From the NCBI GenBank assembly GCA_000934665.2, contig JYFJ02003694.1:1-38676 (forward strand): a DNA stretch of 38,676 nucleotides. The letters run 5' to 3'. The DNA is from Catajapyx aquilonaris (lineage: Eukaryota). Positions 14,026 through 26,149 of this stretch are shown in pieces. The notes beneath the pieces were generated by a model. The model was not told where the DNA came from and made no database searches. It was given only the letters and a program-made list of their open reading frames with translations. The position numbers and the translations under genes were made by a program. Within the stretch, counting starts at the first letter, position 1, and each line of letters begins with the position of its first letter.

Positions 14026-15246
14026 ATGATCGGATCAGCAGTGGCGGTAGCCTGGGCGTTCTGGTTCCTCCTGAACGTGTCCGAAACTCACAGCCTGCAG
14101 TTCCCGTCCCGAAACTCCCTGTTGTCCGTGAGGCGACACCCAACGTACCAGCGTCATCCCCATCTACAATGGAGGAGCGAACCCAGCACTTTCTCGGACC
14201 CCCCGGCCTACATTGACTTTGGCCCAGCACAATACCAAGAGGAAGAACAGGATGAGGAGGAGCCTTCCGGAACCGTCCTGGAATACGATGACATGTCCGG
14301 TTATGAGCAGCCCTTGTCCCAGCGACGTCTCTACGACGTGCTTCTGAAGGTTAGTGCTGACCTGCCCATTCCCAACAATACTCTAGTAGTCTAGTGTATA
14401 ATACACACAGGTTATATAATGCGGGGACTTTCTGTTTAGGAGGCTGCAGGTTATGAAGATTCTCCCGAAGAAGACACATGGTACGACGAGGTACAGTCGA
14501 TAAACAGATATCCCTTCGACGGCCTTTTGGGCGAATTGGCCTCTCCCGTCAGATATGTTGACGACAATGGTTACGAGATGGCCGAGGACGAAGAGGAAGA
14601 AGTCCCCGAGTACAGCAACAGCTACCAGGACCAGGAAGACAGCGATCCTGCTGTTCAGCAGCTCAAGGAGCTGGCGAAGAAGAGTCAGCCCCCGACGCCC
14701 ACAGCCGCCCCAGGATCCGCCCAAGGTCTCACCCCGTCCCCTCAACCTTCCCCTGCCTCGTCCACCCATGCTCCCGATCGCTATGTCCAGCAGGGACAGA
14801 AGGAGGTAGCCCTCCTCCGCCCCCCTACACAAACTCGACCTGGATTGTTTGGTGGTCCCTTGGAAGACCAGCTCATGGCTCTCAGGAGGACACGGGGTGG
14901 CTCGTATGAAGTGCTCAGAGAGCTCATCGCAAAGGAGAAGCGACAGGAAAAGGTACAATGGCCAATACTTAATATAATTATTATGCATTGAAAAGGGGGC
15001 ACATTAACTGATCATGAATGTTACAAAAATTGAAGCCGTGCCAGTACACATAAATAATTTCAATTTTTAATGTGTCCAAAAATAATTATTATGACACTGT
15101 CATTTCTATACCTTTTCACTTATATGTTATTGCAGGAACGTGAGTCTGCTGCATCCAAAGCCCAACATCAGCACCAGAAGCGTTATGTGACCAGCGAGGA
15201 TAACCTGACTGAGGAGCTCCACACGCTCAAGAAGAAGCAAGCTTAA
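14026..15246 (+). CDS. Secreted neuropeptide/granin-like precursor, 315 aa; join(14026..14349,14440..14952,15136..15246)
   Basis: All introns are GT-AG and phase 0, and the frame is continuous to TAA at 15244-15246. The N-terminus MIGSAVAVAWAFWFLLNVSETHS looks like a signal peptide. The body is Glu/Asp/Tyr-rich with RR, KK and KR sites. The C-terminal blocks DPAVQQLKELA, GQKEVALLRP, SYEVLRELIAKEK and KRYVTSEDNLTEELHTLKKKQA resemble, from recall only, a conserved uncharacterised arthropod precursor family. Confidence 0.8.
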
Positions 15247-16092
15247 AAGAAACATATTGAAAAAGGAGACAAGCTATCATCACTTACATGTGCAAAAAAA
15301 AACCAAAAAAATTAAGAAAAAAGCCGCAATGTTTTACCTTCGATGACTTGATGGGCGCCGAAGGGCAATCCCATTTTTTGGTCTATTATGAGGACAGTTG
15401 GGGCTTTTAAACACTTAATATGGGATCATCACTGTAATCTCTCACTCTCTCACTCATGTTCTCTTGTTACTTGAGCTCCAACCGTGCTCAAACAAAACAT
15501 GCATTGGCAACATCATGATATTGCCATTTGAGTGGGAAGAAAAACGGCAAATATCTGCCAAGTAAGAGAGGTTGGGAAGGAGCTAGAAAAATGCATGAAA
15601 GAAGCAAGTGTAAGAGACATCTACTATCTCCTTCAATTTCTTCATTTTTGGCCACTCTCCGAGTGGCATTATGTCAGTATTACTTGTTGAATCACAACCG
15701 TGCTGTTGTTGGTGATATATAACGGGGCACATGAACCCCTATTTTGAAAAACAAAAATGGCTTCCAGCTGAGTGCACTTGTCACTCATATTCAACAAAAA
15801 ATTACAAAATGCTGAAAAAAAAGGCACTTTAAAGTGATCTCCACTTGGTGTGAAATGTAACTAGCTTTGACTGTAGCTGCTCAAATACCCCCTCTCCCAC
15901 ACCTTTTGATCTGGTAATGTTGTAAACTCAATTAGTTTCCATTTATGTTGTGACGTATGTTTCTGTCAGGTAATGAAGTCTCAATTATTCTATTTCCAAA
16001 GTTGCGGAGACGGGAAAAAAAAGTAGAGCGTTCCTTTTCCCTAGCAATTGCAATGAGTCTAGTTTGAAACTTAACTGCAGTGAGACTCCTTT

Positions 16093-16460
16093 GTACATAT
16101 CTCCAACCTTTTTATATATTCATACACATAATGTGCTACAAAGAAGAAACAAGAAGAAGACAGAAAGAACAAGGATTGAACTGTAGATAAATTTATTTTG
16201 ATATATGAAAAACAAAATGTAAGAAGAGAGACCCTTTTATCCTTCTATTGAAACTGGACGTGTATTATTTCGAAGTGTCATCTCCGCTATAAACAGGCAC
16301 TTTTGAGTCTTACTGCCCTTCCTGTGTTTCAATTATGTGAAAACTGTACTTCCAAAAAAAGCACACTACTAAAAAAAAAAAACAAGGTCAAACAATTTCA
16401 TGATTTTATTTCAATAACCCTGAACCACTTGAGTACCTCATGTTCTTTTACAAAAATATC
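16093..16460. repeat. Direct-repeat paralog of 28178-28203 + 29377-29710 (sequence downstream of the SPRTN stop, including a poly(A) signal on the - strand)
   Basis: Shared blocks include TATCTCCAACCTTTTTAT, ATAATGTGCTACAAAGAAGAAACAAG, ACAAAATGTAAGAAGAGA, CACTTTTGAGTCTTACTGCCCTTCCTG and TTTACAAAAATAT. AATAAA on the - strand occurs at 16192-16197 and 29455-29460. Confidence 0.88.
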
Positions 16461-17958
16461 TCTTTTGTGTATGTTTGCCTGGGCTACCCAACCCACTTAC
16501 AGATTGCTAATAGGTCAGAAACTTGACAGACCGATAGCTGCGGGAAAAGTCTGGAAGCCAAACTTTTTTGGGCCTAAAACTCCAAAACTGAGGTTTTTTT
16601 TCTGGTTGAGCTGTTATTCCTTAACCGCCACGGATGGCGACGGCGGTAGTTGACAGGACCTGAGAGCCACCATACAACTGCCAGTATAGTAGGCACTTAT
16701 TCCTACCGTCTACAATATTATTAGGTGATGTTGCAGACACTATAGCTGAGATGCCTTAAGCTCGCAATTTGCCCGATAAGAACGGAATCCCAACTTTAGA
16801 CTTTTTATTAAAATTGAAATTAAACGGCTCTGTCCGTCTGTGAACAAGTATCGCATCATGGCCTTGGTGCCCTAGTCCATCATGGTCTTAGAATGGCCTA
16901 GTCCATATGAGATAGCGATAAAATGTTCTCGGATTAGGACCACCATGACAAAAATAGGTTTCATGGTCAACATTGGTGACCCGCCGCTTCCGGTTTCTAT
17001 GAAATTGCATTTTTTTTTTCCAAATCTTGCATGTCAAACATTACGGCCGAGGAGTTTTTGTATATACATATAACACTGGGAAATGTGCAGCTTGCGCGAT
17101 CTATCGTCAATTTCACAAACTTATGACACATGGTGCCTTCATCATGTCGCGCCGGGTTTGAATTCCGGAGGGTGGGGAGGTGATTTTTACTGTCCCATGT
17201 TACCCATAGACGATTTGTGGATAAGTTTCCACCTTCCATGAGTGCACAACATTATAGATGACCAATCATGTGGCGGCCACCATGGAATCGTGCCCCAGAG
17301 ATAGGCCTACTGGCTACTGCACTTACAATATTATAGCATATCGATCGGTATTGATAAAAATGAACCAATGGATGCATGTTTTCAACAGCATTGGTGGAGA
17401 GTTGGATTAGGGGAGAATTATTAAGATGCACAAGCATTCGATTTTTCTGCCAAAAGGAAAAGGCAGATTGCGGTTGACTTCGGTAAGAAACGACTTTGCA
17501 ATTTGGAGTCAAGTGGAAGGATCCTTCCTGCTTCCTGATTATGCTCACCGGAACAGTGGTGGGATTGGTTTCGCTTTTGAGAGAATTATGCTGTGTCTGT
17601 AAGCAAAGAAGACACATATTTCCGGTACGTAATACCGTTATGCAATAGCCTACCTGTTATGTAACATAATCAATTGACCTTCGATATATGTATAGCGATA
17701 TAGGGCATGTCTTAGGCTATTTACTTTCAGAGGTCCCTCTGTGCTATATAATTATGCATCACACACCAAAGCCCCTCTCACACCCGGCTCCCCTTTTTGA
17801 TGTCCGCGAAACAGTCGCAAGCCATTAAGAATAATGACCCAACTGAAACTGAAAATAAATTGGAGACATTTATGTCCAAGTTGTCCAAGATGTCAAGAAC
17901 GGAACACGGAACACGGATTCACCATTTGTTCTAAAACATCTTTTACCCTGGGTGCTCT

Positions 17959-19126
17959 TCAGTGTATCATCGCACGCAGTTCTTCACGCTGTAGTTAAGG
18001 GAGAAAAATGTGGTTATGTAAAGATTCAATGGGTAACAAATATACCTTCTGAAAGCAAATATTAACTTCACAGAATACTTGCTCACCTCTCTCTCTTTTT
18101 CATCCAGCTCTGCAATTACATTTTTCAGTTTAATCTGAAAACGTTTCCGAAGAGCTAGGTTCCTCGTGCCTTCTACTTCTTCTTCTAGTACAAGTCGGCG
18201 ACCGCGGAGCTCAGGGATTTCTTCCCTCAGGACTCGGAGACGTGCCAGAATCTCTCCTGAAAAGGATGAAACCTATACTAATATTATTCTGCACAATATA
18301 TTACTTTGGTATATGGTCACCTGGATCTCTGGATGCTGTGCTCGTAGAAGGAATTGAAGAAGGGCCGGCACTCTCTGCCCAACCAGAAGCACCATCACCT
18401 CCACTGCTGCAAGAGGAGGGGTGCTCCTGGAATACCTTTTTGACCCGTGGCCTCTTCTTCCCCGTAACTGTCAGCTGCAACTGCATAAAACAGCTTATCA
18501 CCTGAGAGAACTCAGTTTGGTCATAAAACATGTCAAATCTATTGTGTATAATATGTTGCTTCGCAAAATATCTGCAACAGTGATGCAATAATATTTATAC
18601 CACACCTGTTTGCATCTGTTGATATTGATTATTTTGGATATAAAATCAAGGCTATTTCACTGTAAACACACGTCTTTTGCTTGCTTATTGCTATGTCGCA
18701 CAATGAGTAAGAATAATAATGTCAATAAAGACAAACCCCTTGCAGAGAGGAGACGAAGGATGAGTTTGACATTTCAGAATCTCCTGAGGAGCTGCTGGCA
18801 TCCACTACACTTTCCATGCGCATGTGTGGCCTTTGGGATTCAGGATCTTGAGAATCACTCAGAACCTCACCAAATATGTCTTGTTCAGCTAAATAATGAC
18901 ACACCTCGCATTAGAAACAACTCTGGTAGTAGCCTATAAGGCACACTTGTTTATAATATTACTATACTGTATAAGTTATTGCAGAAAACTGATGCAATAA
19001 GATATGACATTAAATTGATTAGCTTGATATCAGTACATTGTTTTTTCCAGCAATTGAAATGTAGGATTTGAGGACAGAATTAATGGCCATAAAAGAACTG
19101 TTGAGATCTGAAGCAAAATGGGTGGA

Positions 19127-19196
<70 letters not shown>

Positions 19197-20399
19197 GATT
19201 TTCATGTTATGGTGTCAAGTGTTACACTAATTATAAAACAATATTAAAACCAGTCACTGACTCAGACACATGTTGCCTTCTCCATTGTTGCTTGCCTTGC
19301 CTCCCACAGCTCCGGCCACTACCTCATCTTCATCAACAACCTCCCATCGCACATGAACTGCTTCCTGGTCCATGCGGAGCAGGTTCCCTACCTCTTTCTG
19401 TACGTCAAGAGTATCTGGAATCTGCAGATGGATCATGCAACACACTGCCTTTCCTTCCATAACTAGATCATGCAACCAGTTTCATTACTCCACCATAATT
19501 ATATCCTTGAGTCAAAAACTTCAGTGTCTTTTTCAATGATACAAAAACTACAATCTTGCACATCCAACCCTTCAAATACTCACGACCATGCAAGTTTTCA
19601 ACGACATGCATTGTACTGAAACCTAACTCTTGTGAACAAAAATGATTACAATTATTGCTAACTTGTGTTCCAACATGCAAATGTCAAATTTGCCCTTCTG
19701 GAATCTGTGACTTTGGCAAAAATACTGATCCCAACCTTATTTTTGATTGGCCTCCTGTATCTCCACTTGCGGACATTCTTCAATGGTGGAGTTAGTCCAT
19801 GGGGTAGAAGAAACTTCTTGTCAACTCTGATTGGATCCTTATACTTTGTTGCCTCAGTTGTTGCATCCGGTGTGGCTGGATCTTGCTCCTCCGTACAAAC
19901 CAGCATCTAACAGTACAACCAAATCATCAATATCCTTGTGAACCCCACATAGTACTCACAACGCACCTGAGCCACATCAGCAGTCTTGTAGAAACTCTTG
20001 TTATCAGTGGTCTTGAGTGTCTCCACATGTGTGGGCAAGTCAAGCACCTTGCCGTGGAGAATCGAATCATCCAAGTAGACCTTGCCAACCCTCATGTCTG
20101 GGTCTATCTCTACCTTCAGCCTGTTTTTCAATGTCCCTGTCCTCATAGCTTCTCTCAATTTGTTTGCATGTTCCTGAACGTGTGACATTTATTAGTATCA
20201 ATTTTTACATTGGACTAAGTCTATGGCTATATACCTGGGGCAGCCTGAGTATTAGGTGTTCTTCCAACTCATCTGCACCCTCCTTCGTGTGTGGCTGCTC
20301 CTCCTTTGGCCCCCCATTATCATCATCGCCTTGTCCTTCTCCAGAGGCGTCCCTGGAGCCTCCAGAACCAGATGGACGGCGCTTACCCTTCCGCGGCAT
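17959..20399 (-). CDS. TAF7: TFIID subunit 7 (TAFII55) family protein, about 404-411 aa; complement(join(17959..17988,18087..18256,18321..18480 [or 18501],18737..18888,19262..19421,19736..19906,19967..20173,20235..20399))
   Basis: TAFII55_N motifs [84 protein letters not shown] and EQDIFGEVLSDS. A C-terminal coiled coil contains NLALRKRFQ. All introns are GT-AG with compatible phases. The exon 6 acceptor is ambiguous. Confidence 0.92.
19129..19196. repeat. (ATT)n microsatellite, about 22 units, in TAF7 intron 4
   Basis: Perfect trinucleotide run seen directly. Confidence 0.97.
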
Positions 20400-20413
20400 T
20401 ACACAAAGGGAAC

Positions 20414-20800
20414 AATTCTGCGAGTCTAACAGAGCAACGAAGAAACTGAACACTAAACAAAATGGCGGACCGTCAATGACGTCACGAGGCATCGATACGA
20501 TATTCAACGATGTGCAAAATATTGATTTATCGACACATCGATTCTTCAGTACTTCAGTATATTTCACAAATTTAGAAAACACTGAAATTACACATTTATC
20601 CTTCTGTAGCATTGTTTCAAGACAACACTTCAACGAATCGAACAGAGCAACTAACAAAGTGAATACGAAACAAGAAGGCGGACGGTAAATGACGAGGAAT
20701 CGATACGATATTCAATGCTATATAAAAATCGATTTATCGCTTTCCTACTCGATACTTCAGTACCGTTTATTTCAAACATGTTGAAAACACTGAAATGCCA
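20414..20800 (-). promoter_or_regulatory. TAF7 proximal promoter/5' UTR, present as a degenerate tandem duplication of about 213 bp
   Basis: The proximal unit has CCGCCATTTT (YY1-type, about 20459-20468), a full CRE TGACGTCA (20477-20484) and DRE-like ATCGATA. The distal unit (about 20627-20800) repeats AACAGAGCAAC, GGCGGAC, ATCGATACGATATTCAA, GATTTATCG and GAAAACACTGAAAT. Confidence 0.72.
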
Positions 20801-22170
20801 TATTATGTGAGTAATAATAATTGCTTTGAAAATTGGTAAGATTTATTGCCTTTATTTTAGTGTGTAGTTACAATTGTGCGAGGACATTATTTTCTTCTCA
20901 AAGCTTGAGTTTCTCCTCGCAACCCCAGAGAGCTATCAGCTATGCCGGCGGTAGCTTCGTCTCGCTTCGTCTACTGCCAGCAGAGGCTTATCTACGGAAA
21001 ATGGCGCATATGGCAAGGACTGAAATTGCGCCCCTGCCCACACATCTGAAACCCATATTTCAGAAAACTTTATCATTAAATCAGCTCAAATATACCAGTC
21101 AAAACTTCATTAATATATTATTTGACAAAATTATAGCGGGCGTTTCAAATGAATAGGCACCAAATGTACCTCAATAAATATAAAGGTACGTGCGAATATG
21201 ATGTCCCCATGTGGGGGCGAATGCACCAGCATTAAACCCAACGTTATATTGTATTAGACATAAATGATGACACTACTCATCAAAATTATTACAACCGCGC
21301 TTTCACTGATGCAATTTGGTCTATGATGCGGTCCAAGTCAGTTTTTGTCAGTTTCTTCTCTTTCTACACTCAGCAGGGCAAGATTACAGAGTCTGGTGCG
21401 TTGATCCATGGAGCAATCGTAGTGCTTCTCGCACATAACACTGAGGTTTATGGAACACGATATTTGTCCATGGGACTTCATTTCTATTGTTCTTTATGTC
21501 ACTCGTAATAACTCATATATTGACATTTCATTTTGTCTGATCTTTGTTTTTGACCTAGGGGCATTCAAAAACCCGAAGTCAGCGAAATATATGTGTCATT
21601 CCAAATCAAATGGGCCGAAATTATTCTGCTTTAGACCATCTCAGATTTTGGTGGAAAAAAATCACAGCTGTAGGCCTACACACCTATGCGCCAGCTTATT
21701 TCATAATGCTTAATATCAAGTTTCGGCGTTATTTTTGCAATAGCCTACAGTGAGGAAGAGAAAAATAGCGAATGTTTGGAAATTGCCTAAAATTAGGCAT
21801 TTTTGGAGAATTTTTACGGTTCGTGAAAGTGGTCAAAGTACAATAAACATAATATCGGCTAATTATGTCAAATGAAAGAGAAAGCCGAGGGGAGAATGCG
21901 CCTATGGAATTAGTTTTCCTTACAAATGCAACGAGAATAATGGGTGTGGAAATCCATCGGTCACATTTCCACGAATTTGGGCCCCCGAAAATCAGTGGGC
22001 AAATCTTCGAATATTTTCTTGCGAAGTTGCGAACCAAGCATGAACCAGACTTAAAAGTGAACATATTAAACCTTGTGTGGGTAAAATTCAACATGGGCGC
22101 CGGTCACTGACCTGGAAGGTTATTCCCGTCCAATCTTGAGAATTTAAGCTACAGAACAGGGGATTTTATT

Positions 22171-22246
22171 CAGGGGCGGAACTACCATAATAATTATATG
22201 CAGGCGGTGTGACTGCACCAGGGCCCCCGGGCAAAGAGGCCCCCCG
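22171..22246. mobile_element. Possible left end of a hAT-type MITE
   Basis: Starts CAGGGGCGGAACTA, followed by GGGCCCCC subterminal motifs. No matching right end was found. Confidence 0.35.
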
Positions 22247-22563
22247 AATTCTCCGACGAGTTTTGTAAAAGTGGTAGGAAAACCACAAACCCATAATAAC
22301 TTACGCTCACTACAGACTTTGGTATCCCCCTATCAAACAAAAAATTATCATTATGAACATTTTAAAAATTTTATTCGGTAATTCAGTTGTTCTTTGTTTT
22401 CTCGAAAGTAATAAAAGTGGATATCTGGTTTTTGCACCAAACTCTTCAATTGACATTTTTGCTGAAGAAAAGGCACGAAAAACCCTCTATAAAGTGACAG
22501 CTTCCTCAGTAAGTAGACCGATGTATCTTTATCCCATTACTCCATTATTCTTCTATACTGATA

Positions 22564-22602
22564 CAGTAGAACCCCGATTATCCGACATGGGATTATCCAC
22601 GG
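22564..22602. mobile_element. pogo/Tigger-type TIR fragment
   Basis: TA|CAGTAGAACCCCGATTATCCG with a repeated GATTATCC, a typical Tigger terminus. No partner end was found. Confidence 0.55.
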
Positions 22603-23464
22603 CCTTTCGAGAGAGCAAGCAGTCCTGAATGCTTACTCTTTTGAAAGGCTGTGGGATTATCCCACTCCTCGGTTTATGTTATAATATTATTCAGTTGTGA
22701 TAAATGCTATGGAATTATGGCATGTGCAGTTCGTGTTAGTTTGATGTAGAACGATCCACATCAGAAACCTTAATTCTGTTCCAGAAATAAATAGGGCTGG
22801 AAAGCCTTCTTCCCGTCCGCAAGCTACCTCTCTTTGGAGTCTCTATGGGAGCAGATTCTAATTCAATATCTTCTACCTGCGAATTCTGAAAATGGCGTAG
22901 AGTTAACCTTATGTAATGCAAATGAGTCAATTAAATATCATTTGGCAGCAAAATTGTAATAAATTGCATAATTATTGATCATTAACATATGGGAAGCTAT
23001 CCTTCACATCTGCCAGGTAGCTCTCCTCCCCAACTCCCTGCTAGTCAAGGCTGACTTGTGAAACCAAATGATTCTGAATCTGATTGGCTGATGGTTGGTC
23101 AAAGCCAAGTACTTGGATGAAAAGTTGGACCAAACTCTACTTCATCCAAGCCCTTGCAACCACTTGATCGACTATTCCCAGTAATTGAAAGGAGCATATC
23201 AATGGATCAATGAATTTTCATGTAACTCAGTGTATTGTGGACAAACGAACTCAACATAATGCTACTTTCAGCTGGGGTAGTTGATTAGCAGGCCATGCTA
23301 AGAACATATCTTCTCATTTATGGGCAAATTTTTTAAGAGAGATAGTGTCATTTTTTTAAAAGTTATTTGTCACCCTCCTTTATTGTGACTCCAAATATTA
23401 TGCAACCCTAAGTTTGGGAAGCACTGCTTTAGAGAGGCTGACCATATATTGACGTAATGCACTA

Positions 23465-23724
23465 ATAATAATAATGGATACCCCGTGATAGGCCTTGGGC
23501 CTCTTAGGGGATCATCTTTTCTTGAACCGACTTTAATCATTGCCTGCGTGGGATGGATTTTGATTGCGGGAGGAAACGGGAGAACCCCGAGAAACCCATG
23601 CGAACACGGAGAGAACCCATCGAAACTCTATCCACATAAGTATCCTCTGCGCGACCCGGGGATCAAACTCGGGACCTTCGAGGTAGAAGGCTGTGGCGCT
23701 AACCGCTTCGCCACCGTGTCGCCC
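23465..23724 (-). mobile_element. tRNA-derived SINE with a V-domain-like core (V-SINE type), full length
   Basis: Perfect 15-bp TSD TGACGTAATGCACTA (23450-23464, 23725-23739). The head GGGCGACACGGTGGCGAAGCGGTTAGC...GAGTTTGATCCCC carries A/B boxes. The core (as read on +) is GGAGGAAACGGGAGAACCCCGAGAAACCCATGCGAACACGGAGAGAAC, and the tail is (ATT)n. Confidence 0.88.
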
Positions 23725-24835
23725 TGACGTAATGCACTATGCACATCTGTAAAAGAAAAGCACAAGCTCTGCAGTCCAGGTTAAGTCCATGCAAGTCCAC
23801 TTGCACAGTGTCCTTCTCAGGCTTAAAGCCATTCAAGCCTCTCGGAAGAACCAAAGCAACAAAAACAGAGGAATATGGTCGAGCTGTAAACATGTTCTCA
23901 ATAATGACCCTGCATGACCCATGCATGTGAATCTAGCATGAAAATGCAGCATGCACTTTTCCAAATCTACAGTGCATCAGGCTTAATGATGGTCACAGGT
24001 GCCCTCCGCTAATGAGGTATAGAGTGACTTTTAGGAGATTGACATTTGTGATGCGTGAATCGCACCTCATAGATCTCAATAATATTGATGATGGTCTTAT
24101 AGGGTCCCAGAATAAGTCCCTGCTGGATAGGCAAATAAAATTTTCAGATCAAAGCCAAACAAGGTCTCTGTTACTGACAAGTGAGTAGGATTCTCTCTAT
24201 ACACATACACCCTGATGCAAAAAAAACTTTGTTCCTTGCTTGCTGCATGTTTGTGTGTGCTTGTTTGTTTGTTTGAAGGCATGTATGTCCAGGCTATCTC
24301 ACCTATCTCAGGCTGAAAAGGATCCTTTGCAGGATTGAATTTGTGATTCCACTTATTCATTTCATATTATTAGGAACACGTTCTAATAAAAATTATTGTG
24401 GGCAACCAAAAAATTAATCCTGTAAGAGAGTGTAAGGGACCTTTCCTCACTTGCACATGGACCTAGGAAACAACAAAAGACATTGATTGCTAGACGACCT
24501 AATCAAATGAGGCCAGAGTGTCGCCACACTTGTTATCACAGTGCCACATTGTGCCATCTGACTCTTGACCTCTGACACTTACTGCATGGTAACCGATTTT
24601 CATCATTATGATGGAGAAGCCCAACTCTGACTTTAGTTTGAGTTTTGCTCATAGAAAGCTCATTCAATGCACTTGAGAAAGGGCGATTTTTCACATCATA
24701 AAGCAATATTTAATTTAAAATCACATACTCTAGTAATACGATCAAGATGTCAATTTTAGTTCAAATAGTTTGTTACATAGCATCAGAAGGTTGTGCAGGA
24801 AATGTGAGAGATAAAATGTTTGAAGTACCCTCGCA

Positions 24836-25126
24836 GGATAGAGTTGGCCTTATTGTCGTGCGGGAGGCGGCAGGGTAGTAGTTGGTGGGGGCAGCGGGCT
24901 ATGTCGCAAAGGCAAGGATAAAGGATAGGTGTGTATCGGCTGAAGATAAGTCTGTATCTGCAAGGAAGAAAGGTTAGGCTTGGTTAGGTTAGGTTGGTAC
25001 AGCATACCCCTTCCAAAATCCAAAAAATCAATACTTGCATTCCTGCCTTTGCGACACAGCCAAGCTGCCCCCCACCGTACTACTCACCCTGCCACCTCCC
25101 GCACGCCAGTAAGGCATACTCCTTCC
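24836..25126. mobile_element. MULE-like MITE with internal TTAGG repeats, copy 1
   Basis: About 80-bp imperfect TIRs GGATAGAGTTGGCCTTA...TAAGGCATACTCCTTCC. Colinear with 29825-30113. The 8-bp TSD is degenerate. Confidence 0.75.
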
Positions 25127-26149
25127 CAGTCGCGAGCATAAAGATGTGGATGGTACACGAGAGATTTTTTAATGGTCAGTATTTGAAACATTTAATTCAC
25201 AGGTTCCAGGTTCAGGGTTCCTTTCCATTATTTTCCAAGAACTGCATTACATGTAGTGCATTGTAACAATGGGTACAGTGTTTCAGAGACTGATGAGATC
25301 AACAATACAGTACTGTATATATTGATATACCTCACTTCCCAATATACCTTGCCACAATACACAATGAAAAATAAAAGAAGTGCCTATACTGTAGTGTGTT
25401 TGGACTCCAAAGTGCTGCAGTGATGTGTTTATGTGTAGATCGCTTTATTTTCAAATTTTCAAAATATTTTCTGATTCAAATTGGTTCAAAGCTAATTTTG
25501 AAACCAGCGTTAATATGAAAAGGCATAAAATGAAGAGGCATAGATTGAGGAGTACCTGTATGCTGATTGTGAAATGATGACACTGGCTGCTCCTCTACTA
25601 GCAAAGGAAGTACTACCATCCACAACCATATGCTCGTGGCTGCACATGCTTTTGGGAAAATGCCATTTTTTACTTACTCATATCTTGCTTTGGTTTTGGA
25701 GGAAAAATCTGACACTTGTTTTTTAACATAATATATTCACTCACATAAACACCCATGAGTTTTAAGGTCAAAATTCCAGAGGGTGGAGCTACATCTGATG
25801 CTTACTTGGCCCAGAATGACACAAAAATCAATAACACAGATTGACCACTTGTTAATGGTTGTCTGTTGATCATGCAACCCAGCCTTAGTGCAATATTTAA
25901 AAGTAGTCTTGCATTTTGAGATAGTTATATTCTCTGTCACAAATGTACCGTACATATACAATTAAATTAAGATCAATTGGATGGTGTTATGCAATAACAA
26001 GTCAACCCACATGAGAACAGTGTTGAGAAAAAGGGCTTTGAAGGTCATACCTGTGAAATTAATTCAGTGTTCTTGTCTGTCATGTATGGCAGAAGTATGC
26101 AGATTTCACCAGCGTGAATTTAATGGAATGATGTAGGATCCATTAGGTA

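Noticed and set aside
14383..15002. Minus-strand ORFs of 201 aa and 73 aa
   Set aside because: Antisense shadows of the GC-rich second coding exon of the precursor gene, with no recognisable motifs.
16475..17640. Possible DNA-transposon-derived block (also 20890-22100 and 35900-36500)
   Set aside because: Repeat-like in texture, but I could not define TIR pairs, TSDs or coding remnants.
24971..24997. TTAGG repeats as interstitial telomere
   Set aside because: Only a few degenerate units, internal to a two-copy MITE.
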